From Myxococcota bacterium (GTDB taxonomy: Bacteria > Myxococcota > JACRCW01), in the NCBI GenBank assembly GCA_040752415.1, contig JBFMGU010000116.1, positions 1-33,271 on the forward strand: a DNA stretch of 33,271 bases, in the 5' to 3' direction. Each line of letters opens with the position of its first letter. Positions within the stretch are counted from its first letter, which is position 1. Below are positions 9,969 to 19,067 of this stretch, piece by piece. The position numbers and the translations under genes were made by a program. Under the pieces are notes generated by a model. It made no database searches, had not been told where the DNA came from, and saw only the letters and a program-made list of their open reading frames with translations.

Positions 9969-12413
9969 ATGGTGCGCAGTCCCCTCTGCAGTCTGTCCGC
10001 GGCGCTGGTGGTCCTGGGCTCCACCGCGTGTGGCGAGAACCCCGTCAACCTGGTGGCCAACGGCGTCTCGCGCTTGAGCGTGATGCAGGTGGCCATGATC
10101 ACCTCGCTGGTGAACCGCGACGAGAGCTGCGGATTCGCCAACCGCGACGTGCTGGCCTCCGCGGAGCTGAGCGGCGCGCCGGGAACGTACGGCACGGCCA
10201 CCATGCGCGTGACGGCGTGTGACATCGACCTCGGGCCCGCCAAGCAGATCATCTCGACGGACTGCAACGGACGTCACTCCATTGCCAGCGGCAAGGTGAC
10301 CGTGACGGGAACGCGCATCGTGAAGGGCTTCCTCACCGGCGACCCGACGACGCCCGTCATTCCCGAGGGCGCCGACGCCGTCACCGTGGTGATCGAGGAC
10401 GCGGAGCTGGAGCACTTTGGCGTGCACATGCTGGATAGCAAGGCGGCGCTGGTGGCCAAGAGCGGCCGCGTCTCCGCCGTGGTGCAGCCGCGCCTGGCCG
10501 CCAGCACCATGGGCCTGTGCACCGTGCCCACGCCCGTGGCCACCATCTCCAACGTGCGCCTCCACGACGTGGAAATGGACCTCACCACGGGCGGCAAGAC
10601 CGTTCCCATCACGGTGCAGGCGTCCAACCTGGATGCGCAGAACGGTCGCAAGGACCGCCTGGAGAACACGCTGATCGGCAGCATCACCATCTACGGGCAG
10701 GAGCAGCAGATCCCCGCTGGTGACGACGACGGCGGCCTCAACCCCGCCTACAACGCCGCGGACTTCATCTCGTCCTTCTCCTGCAACCAGGAGCTGCAGC
10801 AGCCGCTCAGCCACACGTGCGGCGACATCGTCCCCACCATCGCGCAGGGCACCGCGCGGCTCAGCGTGCTGACCATGGCCAGCCTGGTGCAGCTCGTCGA
10901 GAAGAACGAGGCGTGCGGGTTTGCCAGCGCGGCGGTGAAGGACAGCGTCGTCGTCACGGGGGAGCTGGGGAAGGACGGAGGCAGCGCCACGTGGACGATT
11001 GGGAGCCCGTGCGAGATCAGCATCCCCGTGGCCCAGCCGGTTTCCGCGCCGGACTGCCAGGGCAATCCCTCTGCCGCGGTGCAGGGCCGGTTCCTGGTGG
11101 TGGGTCGCAAGACGGTGCGCGGCGTCAACACCGGAGATCCCAACCAGCCCGTGGTCCCGACGAGCCGCGACCCCGCGGAGGTGCAGCTCACCGCGCTGTT
11201 GCAGGACTTCACCGTGATGCCGGCGGCGGGCAACGTGAAGCTCACCGTCGTCAACGGGGAGATCTCCGGCACCGTGCGGCCGCGCCTGGCGCAGGACACC
11301 ACGCTGGGCGTGTGCTCCGTTCCCACGCCGGTGGTGCAGCTCAGTGACATCATGTGGCGCGGCGCGCAGATGAAGCTGGCCATGGGCACGCGGAACATCA
11401 CGCTGGAGGTACCCACGTCCATGCTGCGTGCACAGGTGGGGTCCCGTGACGGCGTCACCAATGAGCTCACTGGCAACATCACGCTGGCCGGCAAGCAGTG
11501 GCCCATCCCCGTCAGCCCCGACCAGGCCGGCCTCGCGCCCAACTACGACCAGGCAGCCTTCGACGCCACGTGGATGTGTCGCGAGAACATGCGCGTGCCG
11601 CAGAGCGACGAGGACTGTTCCATCAAGCCCATGCTCGCCCGGAACGGTGCACGGCTGGTGGTGCTGATGATGGCGTCGGTGACGCGGCTCATCAACGCCA
11701 ACGAGGAATGCGGCTTTGGCGAGGAGATGGGGCCCGGAACGCTGCTGGAGATGGCGCTGAATGCGGGTGAGCCGTTCGTGCTGGAGGCGGAGGCGGAGAG
11801 CTGCCCGGTGCGTCACTCGCTGGCGGAGCCGCTGAACGAGGACTGCAACCACGACGTCACGTACGCCTCCGGCACCGCGCTGGTGACGGCCACGCGTCGT
11901 CTCACGCTGGTGGCCGCGCCGCCGGAGCTTCCCCGTCCGCTGGGTCGCGAGGCCGCGGACATCATCTACGAGAACGTGCGCATGCAGGGCATGGAGCTGC
12001 ACCTGGGCGTGCCGGGCGCCGAGGACACCGTGTCCGTGCGCATGGGCAGCGGCACGCTGTCGGGACGGGTCCATCCCATCCTGGGCGAGTCGACGGAGAC
12101 GCCGGGCCTCTTCACCGTGGTCACGCCGGTGGCCGGCTTCCACAACGTGGCGGCGCGTGGCCTCGACGTCACCCTGCACCGCGGCCCCAAGACCTTCCAC
12201 TTCACCATGGACGTCACGAACCTCAACGCCTTCAATGGCTCCTACAATGGCGTCGAGAACACGCTGTCCGCCACCGTCACCATCGACGGAGAGGAGTTCA
12301 ACATCGAGAGCATGCCGCTGGTGGAGGACTACAACCAGGCGGAGTTCGACCAGAGCTACTGCAGCTGCAACGCCGAGCTGGCGGCGTGCGTTCCGTCGGG
12401 AACTCAAGGGTGA
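9969..12413 (+). CDS. Uncharacterised lipoprotein made of three ~263-aa Cys-containing repeats
   Basis: ATG 9969 gives a signal peptide with lipobox GSTAC; repeats start at about 10038, 10824 and 11619; strong GC3 codon bias. Confidence 0.8.
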   Translation: MVRSPLCSLSAALVVLGSTACGENPVNLVANGVSRLSVMQVAMITSLVNRDESCGFANRDVLASAELSGAPGTYGTATMRVTACDIDLGPAKQIISTDCNGRHSIASGKVTVTGTRIVKGFLTGDPTTPVIPEGADAVTVVIEDAELEHFGVHMLDSKAALVAKSGRVSAVVQPRLAASTMGLCTVPTPVATISNVRLHDVEMDLTTGGKTVPITVQASNLDAQNGRKDRLENTLIGSITIYGQEQQIPAGDDDGGLNPAYNAADFISSFSCNQELQQPLSHTCGDIVPTIAQGTARLSVLTMASLVQLVEKNEACGFASAAVKDSVVVTGELGKDGGSATWTIGSPCEISIPVAQPVSAPDCQGNPSAAVQGRFLVVGRKTVRGVNTGDPNQPVVPTSRDPAEVQLTALLQDFTVMPAAGNVKLTVVNGEISGTVRPRLAQDTTLGVCSVPTPVVQLSDIMWRGAQMKLAMGTRNITLEVPTSMLRAQVGSRDGVTNELTGNITLAGKQWPIPVSPDQAGLAPNYDQAAFDATWMCRENMRVPQSDEDCSIKPMLARNGARLVVLMMASVTRLINANEECGFGEEMGPGTLLEMALNAGEPFVLEAEAESCPVRHSLAEPLNEDCNHDVTYASGTALVTATRRLTLVAAPPELPRPLGREAADIIYENVRMQGMELHLGVPGAEDTVSVRMGSGTLSGRVHPILGESTETPGLFTVVTPVAGFHNVAARGLDVTLHRGPKTFHFTMDVTNLNAFNGSYNGVENTLSATVTIDGEEFNIESMPLVEDYNQAEFDQSYCSCNAELAACVPSGTQG

Positions 12414-13396
12414 GTGAGCAATGCAGCAGCGGTGATGGCGCCGGCGGCCCCCAGGAGCAACACGCCCACGGCCGTGAACACCACCGCCACAACCCCCGAC
12501 CCGACAAGGATGGCCAGTGACCCGTAAGACGGCGTGGTGCCCTGCTGGGTCCACACTCCCAACGCCGTCACCGCCATGGCCCCGGCGATGAGGAATGCAC
12601 CTCCACCAATGAAGGTCATCCCCGCGCCCACCGTGGCCAGCGCCGTGGAGAGCACCCGAGCGGGGCCTCCCTCCGACGAGGATGCGCTGGTTGTCGTCGG
12701 GGCGGCGGTGCGCGCGGCCTTCTCCGCACGAGCCCGGGCATCCACGTACACCGAGACCGGCTCCTTCGCGTCGCCGAGACGGGCCACCGGGACACCACGC
12801 TTGTTGCGCGCCTCCAGCACCACCTCCACGCGCCCTGCCCCGCCCACGGCGTCCCACACCGCGGTGTCGGCGACCTCACCGCGCGCCTCGCGGCCAGAGG
12901 CTTCCAGCGTGAACTGCCGATAGGTCTTCTCGTCGGGGGCGCGGATGAACACCTGCACGGTGCGCACCTGCTCGGTCTTCCCGGACAGGGGCACTCGCAA
13001 CGTGGTCCCCTCGAGAATGGGCGCCTCCAGCTTCACGCCGTGCGCGCGCTGGTACGCCTCCGCTCGACGAGCGAAGAACGCGCGCAACGGCGGCGCCGTC
13101 TCCACCCGGTCCGGCTCGAACAGGGGGCGGAGCTCCAACAGCGCGTCAAGCGACTTCTCCGCGTCGTCGTGACGGCCCAACGCGTGCAGGCTGGCCGCGC
13201 GGTACCAGTGGATCTGCACCAGGTCGTCCTCGGTGATTGAGGGGGAGCGTTCCGCCTGCTCCAGCATCACCAGTGCGGCCTGCACCTCGCCGCGACCGTA
13301 GGCGGTGCGCGCAGCGTCGACGTCGGGATGGGCCTGGGCGGGAGCGGCCAGGAGAAGGACACACGCGAACATCAGCCAAGACGCGAGCCTGTGCAT
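12404..13396 (-). CDS. Hypothetical exported protein with TPR-like N-terminal domain and C-terminal transmembrane hairpin
   Basis: Start at MHRLASWLMF gives a signal peptide (AQA|H); helical YRAASLHALGRHDDAEKSLDALLELRP; two hydrophobic C-terminal segments. Confidence 0.7.
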   Translation of the reverse strand: MHRLASWLMFACVLLLAAPAQAHPDVDAARTAYGRGEVQAALVMLEQAERSPSITEDDLVQIHWYRAASLHALGRHDDAEKSLDALLELRPLFEPDRVETAPPLRAFFARRAEAYQRAHGVKLEAPILEGTTLRVPLSGKTEQVRTVQVFIRAPDEKTYRQFTLEASGREARGEVADTAVWDAVGGAGRVEVVLEARNKRGVPVARLGDAKEPVSVYVDARARAEKAARTAAPTTTSASSSEGGPARVLSTALATVGAGMTFIGGGAFLIAGAMAVTALGVWTQQGTTPSYGSLAILVGSGVVAVVFTAVGVLLLGAAGAITAAALLTHP

Positions 13397-13478
13397 GCAC
13401 GGGGGCGTAGGACATTCGCGAGGATTCGCGCAACCGGGGTGGCGCCGGGTGCTGTTTTCGGGCCAGCATTCCGCGCGC

Positions 13479-14960
13479 ATGGTGGGCGTGACGTCGGAGC
13501 TGGCGCCGGGAGAGGTCCTCCTGGGCCACCGCATCCTGGGACGACTCGGTCGTGGGGGCATGGCCGAGGTCTACCTGGCGCGCCCAGTGGCCGGACCGGA
13601 GGCCGCGCCCGTCGTCATCAAGCGCATCCGCCCGCACCTCTCCCGCGACACGATGTACCTGCAGATGTTCCAGGATGAAGCACGCGTGGCGCGGCTGCTC
13701 AGGCATCCCAACCTGGTGCGCGTCCTCGACGTGGGCCAGCAGGACGGAGAGCACGCGCTGGTCATGGAGTTCCTGGATGGTCGGGACCTGCTGGCCGTGA
13801 AGACGGCGTGTGACAAGCGTGGCGTCGACGTTCCACCTGCGCTCGTGGCGCACATCACGGCGGAGGCGTTGGCCGGTCTGCACCACATGCACGAAGCGCG
13901 CGCCGCCAACGGGACCGCGCTCCGTCTCATCCACCGGGACGTCAGCCCCGAGAACGTGGTGATCACGTACGCGGGCGAGGTGAAGGTGGTGGACTACGGC
14001 GTGGCCAAGGCGACGACGCTGGAGGGTCGCACGCAGCCCGGCATGGTGAAGGGCAAGCTGAGCTTCATGCCGCCGGAGGCGCTGCGCGGAGAGAAGCTGG
14101 ATCCCCGCGGGGACATCTTCTCCCTCGGCGTCACCATGTATGAGCTGCTGACGCGACAGCTGCCGTTCGTGGGGAAGTCGGACACGGAGCTCATCCGCGC
14201 CATCCGCACGCAGGAACCCATCCCGCCGCGCACGGTCAATCCCGCCGTGCCTTCGCTCTTGCAGTCCATCTGCCTGCGCGCGTTGGAGAAGGACCCAGGT
14301 GCGCGATTCCAGACGGCGGCGGAGATGCGGGAGCTGCTGCGGGAAGCCTTCCGCGCCGACGGGACGGAGCTCGCGCGCTTCATGGGGGACCTCTTCCCCA
14401 CGAACCACCCCGACCGCCAGAAGCTGCGCGTGATGTTGGGGGTGACGTCGGAAAGGGTCACGGATGAGCCCACGCGGCGGGTGGTGTCCAGCGGTGAGGC
14501 CACGGTGCGCACGTCGTCACCCGAGGAGGAGACGCTGCGGACCAGTGCGCCGGAGGATCAGCCGACGCAACGGGTGCCCGCGCCCACGGAGATTCCCACG
14601 CAGGTGGTGACCGCGGGCTCCGACGTCAACACGGTGCGCACGCCCCTGGCCACCGACGTGGTGACGGAGCGGGTACCTCTGCCGTCGGGTGACACCACGG
14701 TGCGCGCCCCGCAGCCCAGCGGGTTTGTCGACGTGCCCACGAAGGATGCGCGACCGCGCACGATGGTGAGCCCGATGGATGCGGCCGCCGCGTTCGCGAA
14801 TGACACGGTGCGGGAACTGGCGCTTCCCGGTGCGACGGTGGAGCCCACCGTACGCGCCCTGCTGCCCGCGGTGACGACGGAGAAGTCGCGCCGGTCGTTC
14901 ATTCCGTGGATTGCGGCGGTGGTGATGCTGGCGGCGGTGACGTGGTGGGGATTGCGCTAA
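13479..14960 (+). CDS. Hanks-type Ser/Thr protein kinase with C-terminal membrane anchor
   Basis: LGRGGMAEVYLA, VIKR, HPNLVRVLD, HRDVSPEN, DYG, MPPE, DIFSLG; terminal TM helix. Start at ATG 13479 or GTG 13488. Confidence 0.93.
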   Translation: MVGVTSELAPGEVLLGHRILGRLGRGGMAEVYLARPVAGPEAAPVVIKRIRPHLSRDTMYLQMFQDEARVARLLRHPNLVRVLDVGQQDGEHALVMEFLDGRDLLAVKTACDKRGVDVPPALVAHITAEALAGLHHMHEARAANGTALRLIHRDVSPENVVITYAGEVKVVDYGVAKATTLEGRTQPGMVKGKLSFMPPEALRGEKLDPRGDIFSLGVTMYELLTRQLPFVGKSDTELIRAIRTQEPIPPRTVNPAVPSLLQSICLRALEKDPGARFQTAAEMRELLREAFRADGTELARFMGDLFPTNHPDRQKLRVMLGVTSERVTDEPTRRVVSSGEATVRTSSPEEETLRTSAPEDQPTQRVPAPTEIPTQVVTAGSDVNTVRTPLATDVVTERVPLPSGDTTVRAPQPSGFVDVPTKDARPRTMVSPMDAAAAFANDTVRELALPGATVEPTVRALLPAVTTEKSRRSFIPWIAAVVMLAAVTWWGLR

Positions 14961-14967
14961 AGCGCTC

Positions 14968-15254
14968 TCGTTGGGGTGACACTGCTGCATTCCTTCGGGG
15001 TCGTTTGTTGCCGCCGTGGTCCGAGGGAAAGCGGCACTTCATGCCGCAGTCCGAAAGGTGCGGGCACGCTCATCTTTTGAGCGGTGATGGCCCGCACCAG
15101 GTCGACACCTCGGGGCGTGCCGGCCAACGGTCCTGCTCGTTCAACGAGGCCGGCACACTCGGACTGCGGCATGAAGTGCCGCTTTCCCTCGGACCAGCGC
15201 GGCAAGCCCGACCCCGAATGAAACCAGCGGTGCGGACCGCGGGCACCCCGACGA
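14968..15254. repeat. Long nested inverted-repeat element (REPIN/MITE-like or structured RNA)
   Basis: Perfect 38-bp inverted repeat 15017-15054 / 15159-15196, four further outer paired segments and three inner hairpins. Confidence 0.85.
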
Positions 15255-15265
15255 CGGATGGCCGC

Positions 15266-16564
15266 TCAGTCGCCCGACAGGTTCGGCGCGAGGATGCGCA
15301 GCGGACCGTGGTCGTCCTCGTCGCGGATGCGGAGCTGGCCGGGCTGGTAGCGGAGGAAGTGCGCCCCCTCTGTCAGATCCACGTGGAAGTGGTTGCGGTG
15401 CGCGGCGTTGTAGTTGGGCGTCAGGATGATGTGGAACACGCGCTCGTCATAGAGCTGGTTCACCAGGTCCCACATCCACTGCCCCGCCGCCGTCGTCGGA
15501 TTGGTCCCCTCCTCGAAGTCGTCGTTCACCGTCCAGCGACTACCGTCCACGAAGTTGAACGCCGCGAGATCAATGGCCGTCCCCAGCCCATGCTCGGAGA
15601 GCGAGCTCGTCCCGGAGATCACGCGACAGTTGTACACCCCCAGGTGCTCCACCTCGGTCACCTGCGACTCGACGAGAATCGCCGCGAACTTGTCCAGCGC
15701 CAACGCCAAGGCGCAGCTCATCAGCATCGGCGTGGCGGTGGAATTGCTGGTGTAGCGGAACGGGATGCCGCGGATGGGCCCCGTCACACGCACCGGATCC
15801 TCGATGTGACAGGTGAGCTCCGGGTGCCCGTCGGGATGCGTGTCCGTGTGCGTGGTGGGCTCGAAGGGAACACCCGCGGCCAGCAGCTCCTGGAGGCACG
15901 TTCCCTGCGGGTCCGGCTCGCCGGGGAGACAGGCGTAGCGCACCGTCTCCGGCTGGTTGTGCCGCGACAGCTCCTGGCACCCGTACCCCTCACGACACCC
16001 CGTGCCCGGGTACAGCCCGTAGTCACACCGGGAAACGCAGATGCCCGCGCTGGCGCTCACGCCACTCGGCGCGTCGACGCAGAACGTCACCGAGTTGGGC
16101 CCGTCGAGGTCGGGGCAATACAGGTCACACGACTGCGAGCATGTACCGCCGGGGAACCCCTCCGCCTCGGTGAGACAGCGGGAATCCGCGTAGGTGCAAT
16201 CCGCCGTGCTCTGGCACGCTCCGCCAATCCAGCCCTGGTTGGGCACGCCCGCGCCGGCGTCAATGGGCCCTTCCACCACGCCTGCGTCGTTGCCCTCCAC
16301 CACAATGCCCCCGTCGCGCCCCCCGGATGACGACGACGAGCTCACCGCCCCCGAGGACGTGCTGGTGCTGCTGCTGCCACCCCCGTTCGACGAGGAAGAC
16401 GTCCCCGACGACGTGCTGTTTCCCTCCGACGTCGACGATCCCGGTCCGCCGCTCGTCGAGGACGACTCCTCCACGCCGGGGTCGTCGTCGGTGGGGAACG
16501 GACAGGCCGTGGCCAGCAGGCTGAGGAGGACGGGGAAGGACCAATGCCGTGCGCGCATGGCCAT
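15266..16564 (-). CDS. Lipoprotein with Cys-rich region and C-terminal extensin-like (M15 peptidase-like fold) domain
   Basis: Lipobox LATAC and Ser-rich linker; GVYNCR, SEHGLGTAID and TPNYNAAHRNHFHVD motifs. Start at 16564 or 16558. Confidence 0.8.
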   Translation of the reverse strand: MAMRARHWSFPVLLSLLATACPFPTDDDPGVEESSSTSGGPGSSTSEGNSTSSGTSSSSNGGGSSSTSTSSGAVSSSSSSGGRDGGIVVEGNDAGVVEGPIDAGAGVPNQGWIGGACQSTADCTYADSRCLTEAEGFPGGTCSQSCDLYCPDLDGPNSVTFCVDAPSGVSASAGICVSRCDYGLYPGTGCREGYGCQELSRHNQPETVRYACLPGEPDPQGTCLQELLAAGVPFEPTTHTDTHPDGHPELTCHIEDPVRVTGPIRGIPFRYTSNSTATPMLMSCALALALDKFAAILVESQVTEVEHLGVYNCRVISGTSSLSEHGLGTAIDLAAFNFVDGSRWTVNDDFEEGTNPTTAAGQWMWDLVNQLYDERVFHIILTPNYNAAHRNHFHVDLTEGAHFLRYQPGQLRIRDEDDHGPLRILAPNLSGD

Positions 16565-16592
16565 CCCTTGTAGCACCGCGCGCGAGGGCGCA

Positions 16593-17627
16593 TCAGTCCA
16601 GCGGCCCGGCCTTCACCTTCTTGCGGTGTCGTCGCAGCGGGGTGGCTTGCAGGATGGCCAGGAAGTCCACGGGCTCATCCGGTCGCGCAACGCCGCGTGG
16701 CCGCTCCGCCACTTCGACCACCCGACGGTGGAACTCGCGCAGCACCGCGTCCGCGTCGGGAAGGTCACCGCGCACGTCGTGGGCCTGGGCGTTGAAGCGC
16801 TCCTGCGCCTTCGTCGTCATCCGGCCGCGACGCAGCAGGTCCTCCATGCTGTTGACCAGCCGACTGATGCTGTACCCGTCGTGGCGGACCATCTCCAGGC
16901 CCACGCGCACCAGGTCCCGCGCCGCCAGCACCCCGTCCTCGAACAACACCAGCGCCGCCTGGAAGTAGTTGTGCACCGGGACCACGCGCGGCCCGTACAC
17001 GTCGAATCCCGCCGTGGGGCTGCGACGATCCAGGTTGATGAAGATCCTCCGCACACTGTCGCGCGGCGTGGGGAGTTGCGGGAGCAGGGCCACGGTGCGT
17101 TTGACGTCGGAGGCGTAGGCGCCCGCGGCGGTCATCACCTCCGTGAGCTGGTCCCCGTCGACGCGACCGGCCACCACGTCGGCGTAGAGGCGGTAGATGA
17201 ACGCGTCGGCTTCCGCGTCGTCGCCAAAGCAGACCTCGTCGGCGTCAGGGGGAGAGGCCAGGCGCGCCTGGAGCAACGCGGGCAGCTTGTAGCCAACCTG
17301 CTCCCGCAGGGCCCGGAAGCGGCCGCGCAGGAGGTTCTGCAGGTTGGGCTTGAGCGTGAATCCGTCGACGCGCACGCCATCCAGCCGCAGCTTCTCCTCG
17401 AGAACCTTGCGCATCTGCGTGGGGGACCCGCTGATGAAGTCCACGCGCGCGGTGCGCTCATGACCACCCAGCGCACGCAACAGCGCCGCAGCGCCCGGCA
17501 CGGACTGCTTCTCCTCGGCGGTCTGGCGCACGGTGCGCCACAGGTCGCCGAGACGGTCGAACTCCGTGCGCAGGTACGTCTTGTCCAGGTCCCAGCGGTA
17601 GACCAGCGGGCGGCCCAGCTCCGTCAC
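16593..17627 (-). CDS. HAD-fold phosphatase, App1/phosphatidate phosphatase-like
   Basis: WDLDKT (DxDxT), FISGSP, FGDDAEADAFIY; GTGA start/stop overlap with plsX. Confidence 0.7.
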   Translation of the reverse strand: MTELGRPLVYRWDLDKTYLRTEFDRLGDLWRTVRQTAEEKQSVPGAAALLRALGGHERTARVDFISGSPTQMRKVLEEKLRLDGVRVDGFTLKPNLQNLLRGRFRALREQVGYKLPALLQARLASPPDADEVCFGDDAEADAFIYRLYADVVAGRVDGDQLTEVMTAAGAYASDVKRTVALLPQLPTPRDSVRRIFINLDRRSPTAGFDVYGPRVVPVHNYFQAALVLFEDGVLAARDLVRVGLEMVRHDGYSISRLVNSMEDLLRRGRMTTKAQERFNAQAHDVRGDLPDADAVLREFHRRVVEVAERPRGVARPDEPVDFLAILQATPLRRHRKKVKAGPLD

Positions 17628-18709
17628 CGGGTGCCCTCCAGTACCGGGTCCGTCGACGACGCGGCGGCATCACCCTGCTCCTGCAGCGCCCGCGCCTTGG
17701 CCAGCCCTTCCTTCATGGTCCCCACCAGGTCCGTGCGCACCGCCTTGTTCGCCACGCGCAGCGCGTTGGCAATGGCCCGGCGACCGCTGCGGCCGTGCGC
17801 CTTGATGCACAACGACTCGAACCCGAGGATGGGCGCGCCACCGTACTCCTGCCAGTCGGTGATCTGACGCAGCTGGCGGATGCCCCCGGCGAGGAACAAC
17901 AGGCCCACGCGCCACAGCATGCTCTCCCGGTACGCGTAGCGGCCCAGCTCCATCACCGTCTCACTGATGCCTTCCAGCATCTTGAGCACGACGTTTCCGG
18001 TGAATCCGTCGGTGACCACCACGTCGGCGGTGCCGCGCGGAAGGTCCACGCCCTCCACGTTGCCAATGAACTGCAGCGCGGGGTGCTCCAGCAGAATCTT
18101 GTGCGCCGCCACGATCTCCGGACGGCCCTTCTTGGGCTCGGTGCCGTTGGAGAGGAGCGCCACGCGGGGAGAGGCGTTCTTGCTGATGCGCGCGGCGTAG
18201 GCGGAGCCCATGACGGCGAACGCCACCAGGTCCTGCGGGCTGGCCTCCAACGTGGCGCCCACGTCGAGCATCAGCGAGAACGGGTCATCCTTGAGGCCAC
18301 GTCGACGCTCGGTGGGCAGCACGGCGGCCAGCGCGCAGCGACGCACGCCCTCCAGGCGCTTCCAATGACGGGAGCACGCCAGGATCACTGCGCCGGTGTT
18401 GCCCGCGCTCACCATGGCCTGCGCGCGCCCCTCCGCCACCAGCCGCGCCGCCACCGCCACGGAAGCGTTGGGGAACGTGTCCAGCGCCGTGCGCGGCTCC
18501 GCGTCCATGGCAATGACGTCGGGCGTGTGCTCCACGCGGAGCCGCTCCGGGTTGTGGCGGAGGCCGGCCAGCGTCTCGTTGATGCGTCGCTCGTCGCCCA
18601 CGAGGATGATCTGCGGCGCGTTCTTGTCCAGCGAAAGGTCCGCCGCTCCGGCCAACGTCTCCGTCGGCGCGTGGTCCCCGCCCATGGCATCCAAGGCCAG
18701 CGTCACCAT
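17624..18709 (-). CDS. plsX: Phosphate acyltransferase PlsX
   Basis: ALDAMGGDHAP, VSAGNTGA, FIGNVEG, DVVVTDGFTGNVVLK, EYGGAPILG, IKAHGRS; start at MVTLALD. Confidence 0.92.
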   Translation of the reverse strand: MVTLALDAMGGDHAPTETLAGAADLSLDKNAPQIILVGDERRINETLAGLRHNPERLRVEHTPDVIAMDAEPRTALDTFPNASVAVAARLVAEGRAQAMVSAGNTGAVILACSRHWKRLEGVRRCALAAVLPTERRRGLKDDPFSLMLDVGATLEASPQDLVAFAVMGSAYAARISKNASPRVALLSNGTEPKKGRPEIVAAHKILLEHPALQFIGNVEGVDLPRGTADVVVTDGFTGNVVLKMLEGISETVMELGRYAYRESMLWRVGLLFLAGGIRQLRQITDWQEYGGAPILGFESLCIKAHGRSGRRAIANALRVANKAVRTDLVGTMKEGLAKARALQEQGDAAASSTDPVLEGTR

Positions 18710-19002
18710 GCGTGCACCATACCGTGGTTCCGCCACACGACCGCGCAACACCTCCCGACGTCCACGCCTCCGCCAACGTCACCCCGCCGCATCCAGGGTC
18801 AGGATGCCCCACACAGCAGGGAAACGAGGCAAGGTGCAGCACTCAAAATAGGGCACTGACGCCATGCCGCACAAACGTTCGCCCGAATTGCCCAACTGCC
18901 AGGTGTGCGCCGGGAAACAGCACGGACCTGGGGAAAGTAATCGGGCGCCGGCCCCCCGACCCCCTGGCGCCTGACGTTCACGCGCGGATTCATGTTCAAT
19001 GA

Positions 19003-19057
19003 TTTCAATGGGTTACGAAATCCACCGGCAGTGGTTGGCGCTGGCACGCGGACTGCT
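19003..19057 (+). promoter_or_regulatory. sigma54 (-24/-12) promoter with upstream IHF-like site
   Basis: TGGCACGCGGACTGCT (19042-19057) against consensus TGGCACG-N4-TTGCW; TTTCAATGGGTTA (19003-19015) has one mismatch to WATCAA-N4-TTR and sits in an AT-rich patch. Confidence 0.8.
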
Positions 19058-19067
19058 ATATCCCGGC

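Noticed and set aside
12404..12413. 10-bp overlap of convergent genes
   Set aside because: Ordinary in compact high-GC genomes.
14171..14179. GGGGAAGTC in the kinase gene complementary to the candidate sRNA loop region
   Set aside because: A 9-nt match inside a CDS is expected by chance in high-GC DNA.
14906..15205. Identical peptide WSEGKRHFMPQSE in ORFs on both strands
   Set aside because: A by-product of the 38-bp DNA inverted repeat, not a protein duplication.
14968..15254. Retron msr-msd, CRISPR array or tRNA interpretation of the structured element
   Set aside because: No reverse transcriptase or cas gene nearby; the repeats are inverted, not direct with spacers; no T-loop or CCA features.
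18985..19022. AT-rich patch as an att or dif recombination site
   Set aside because: No integrase, tRNA or second copy in the window; better explained as the IHF site of the adjacent sigma54 promoter.
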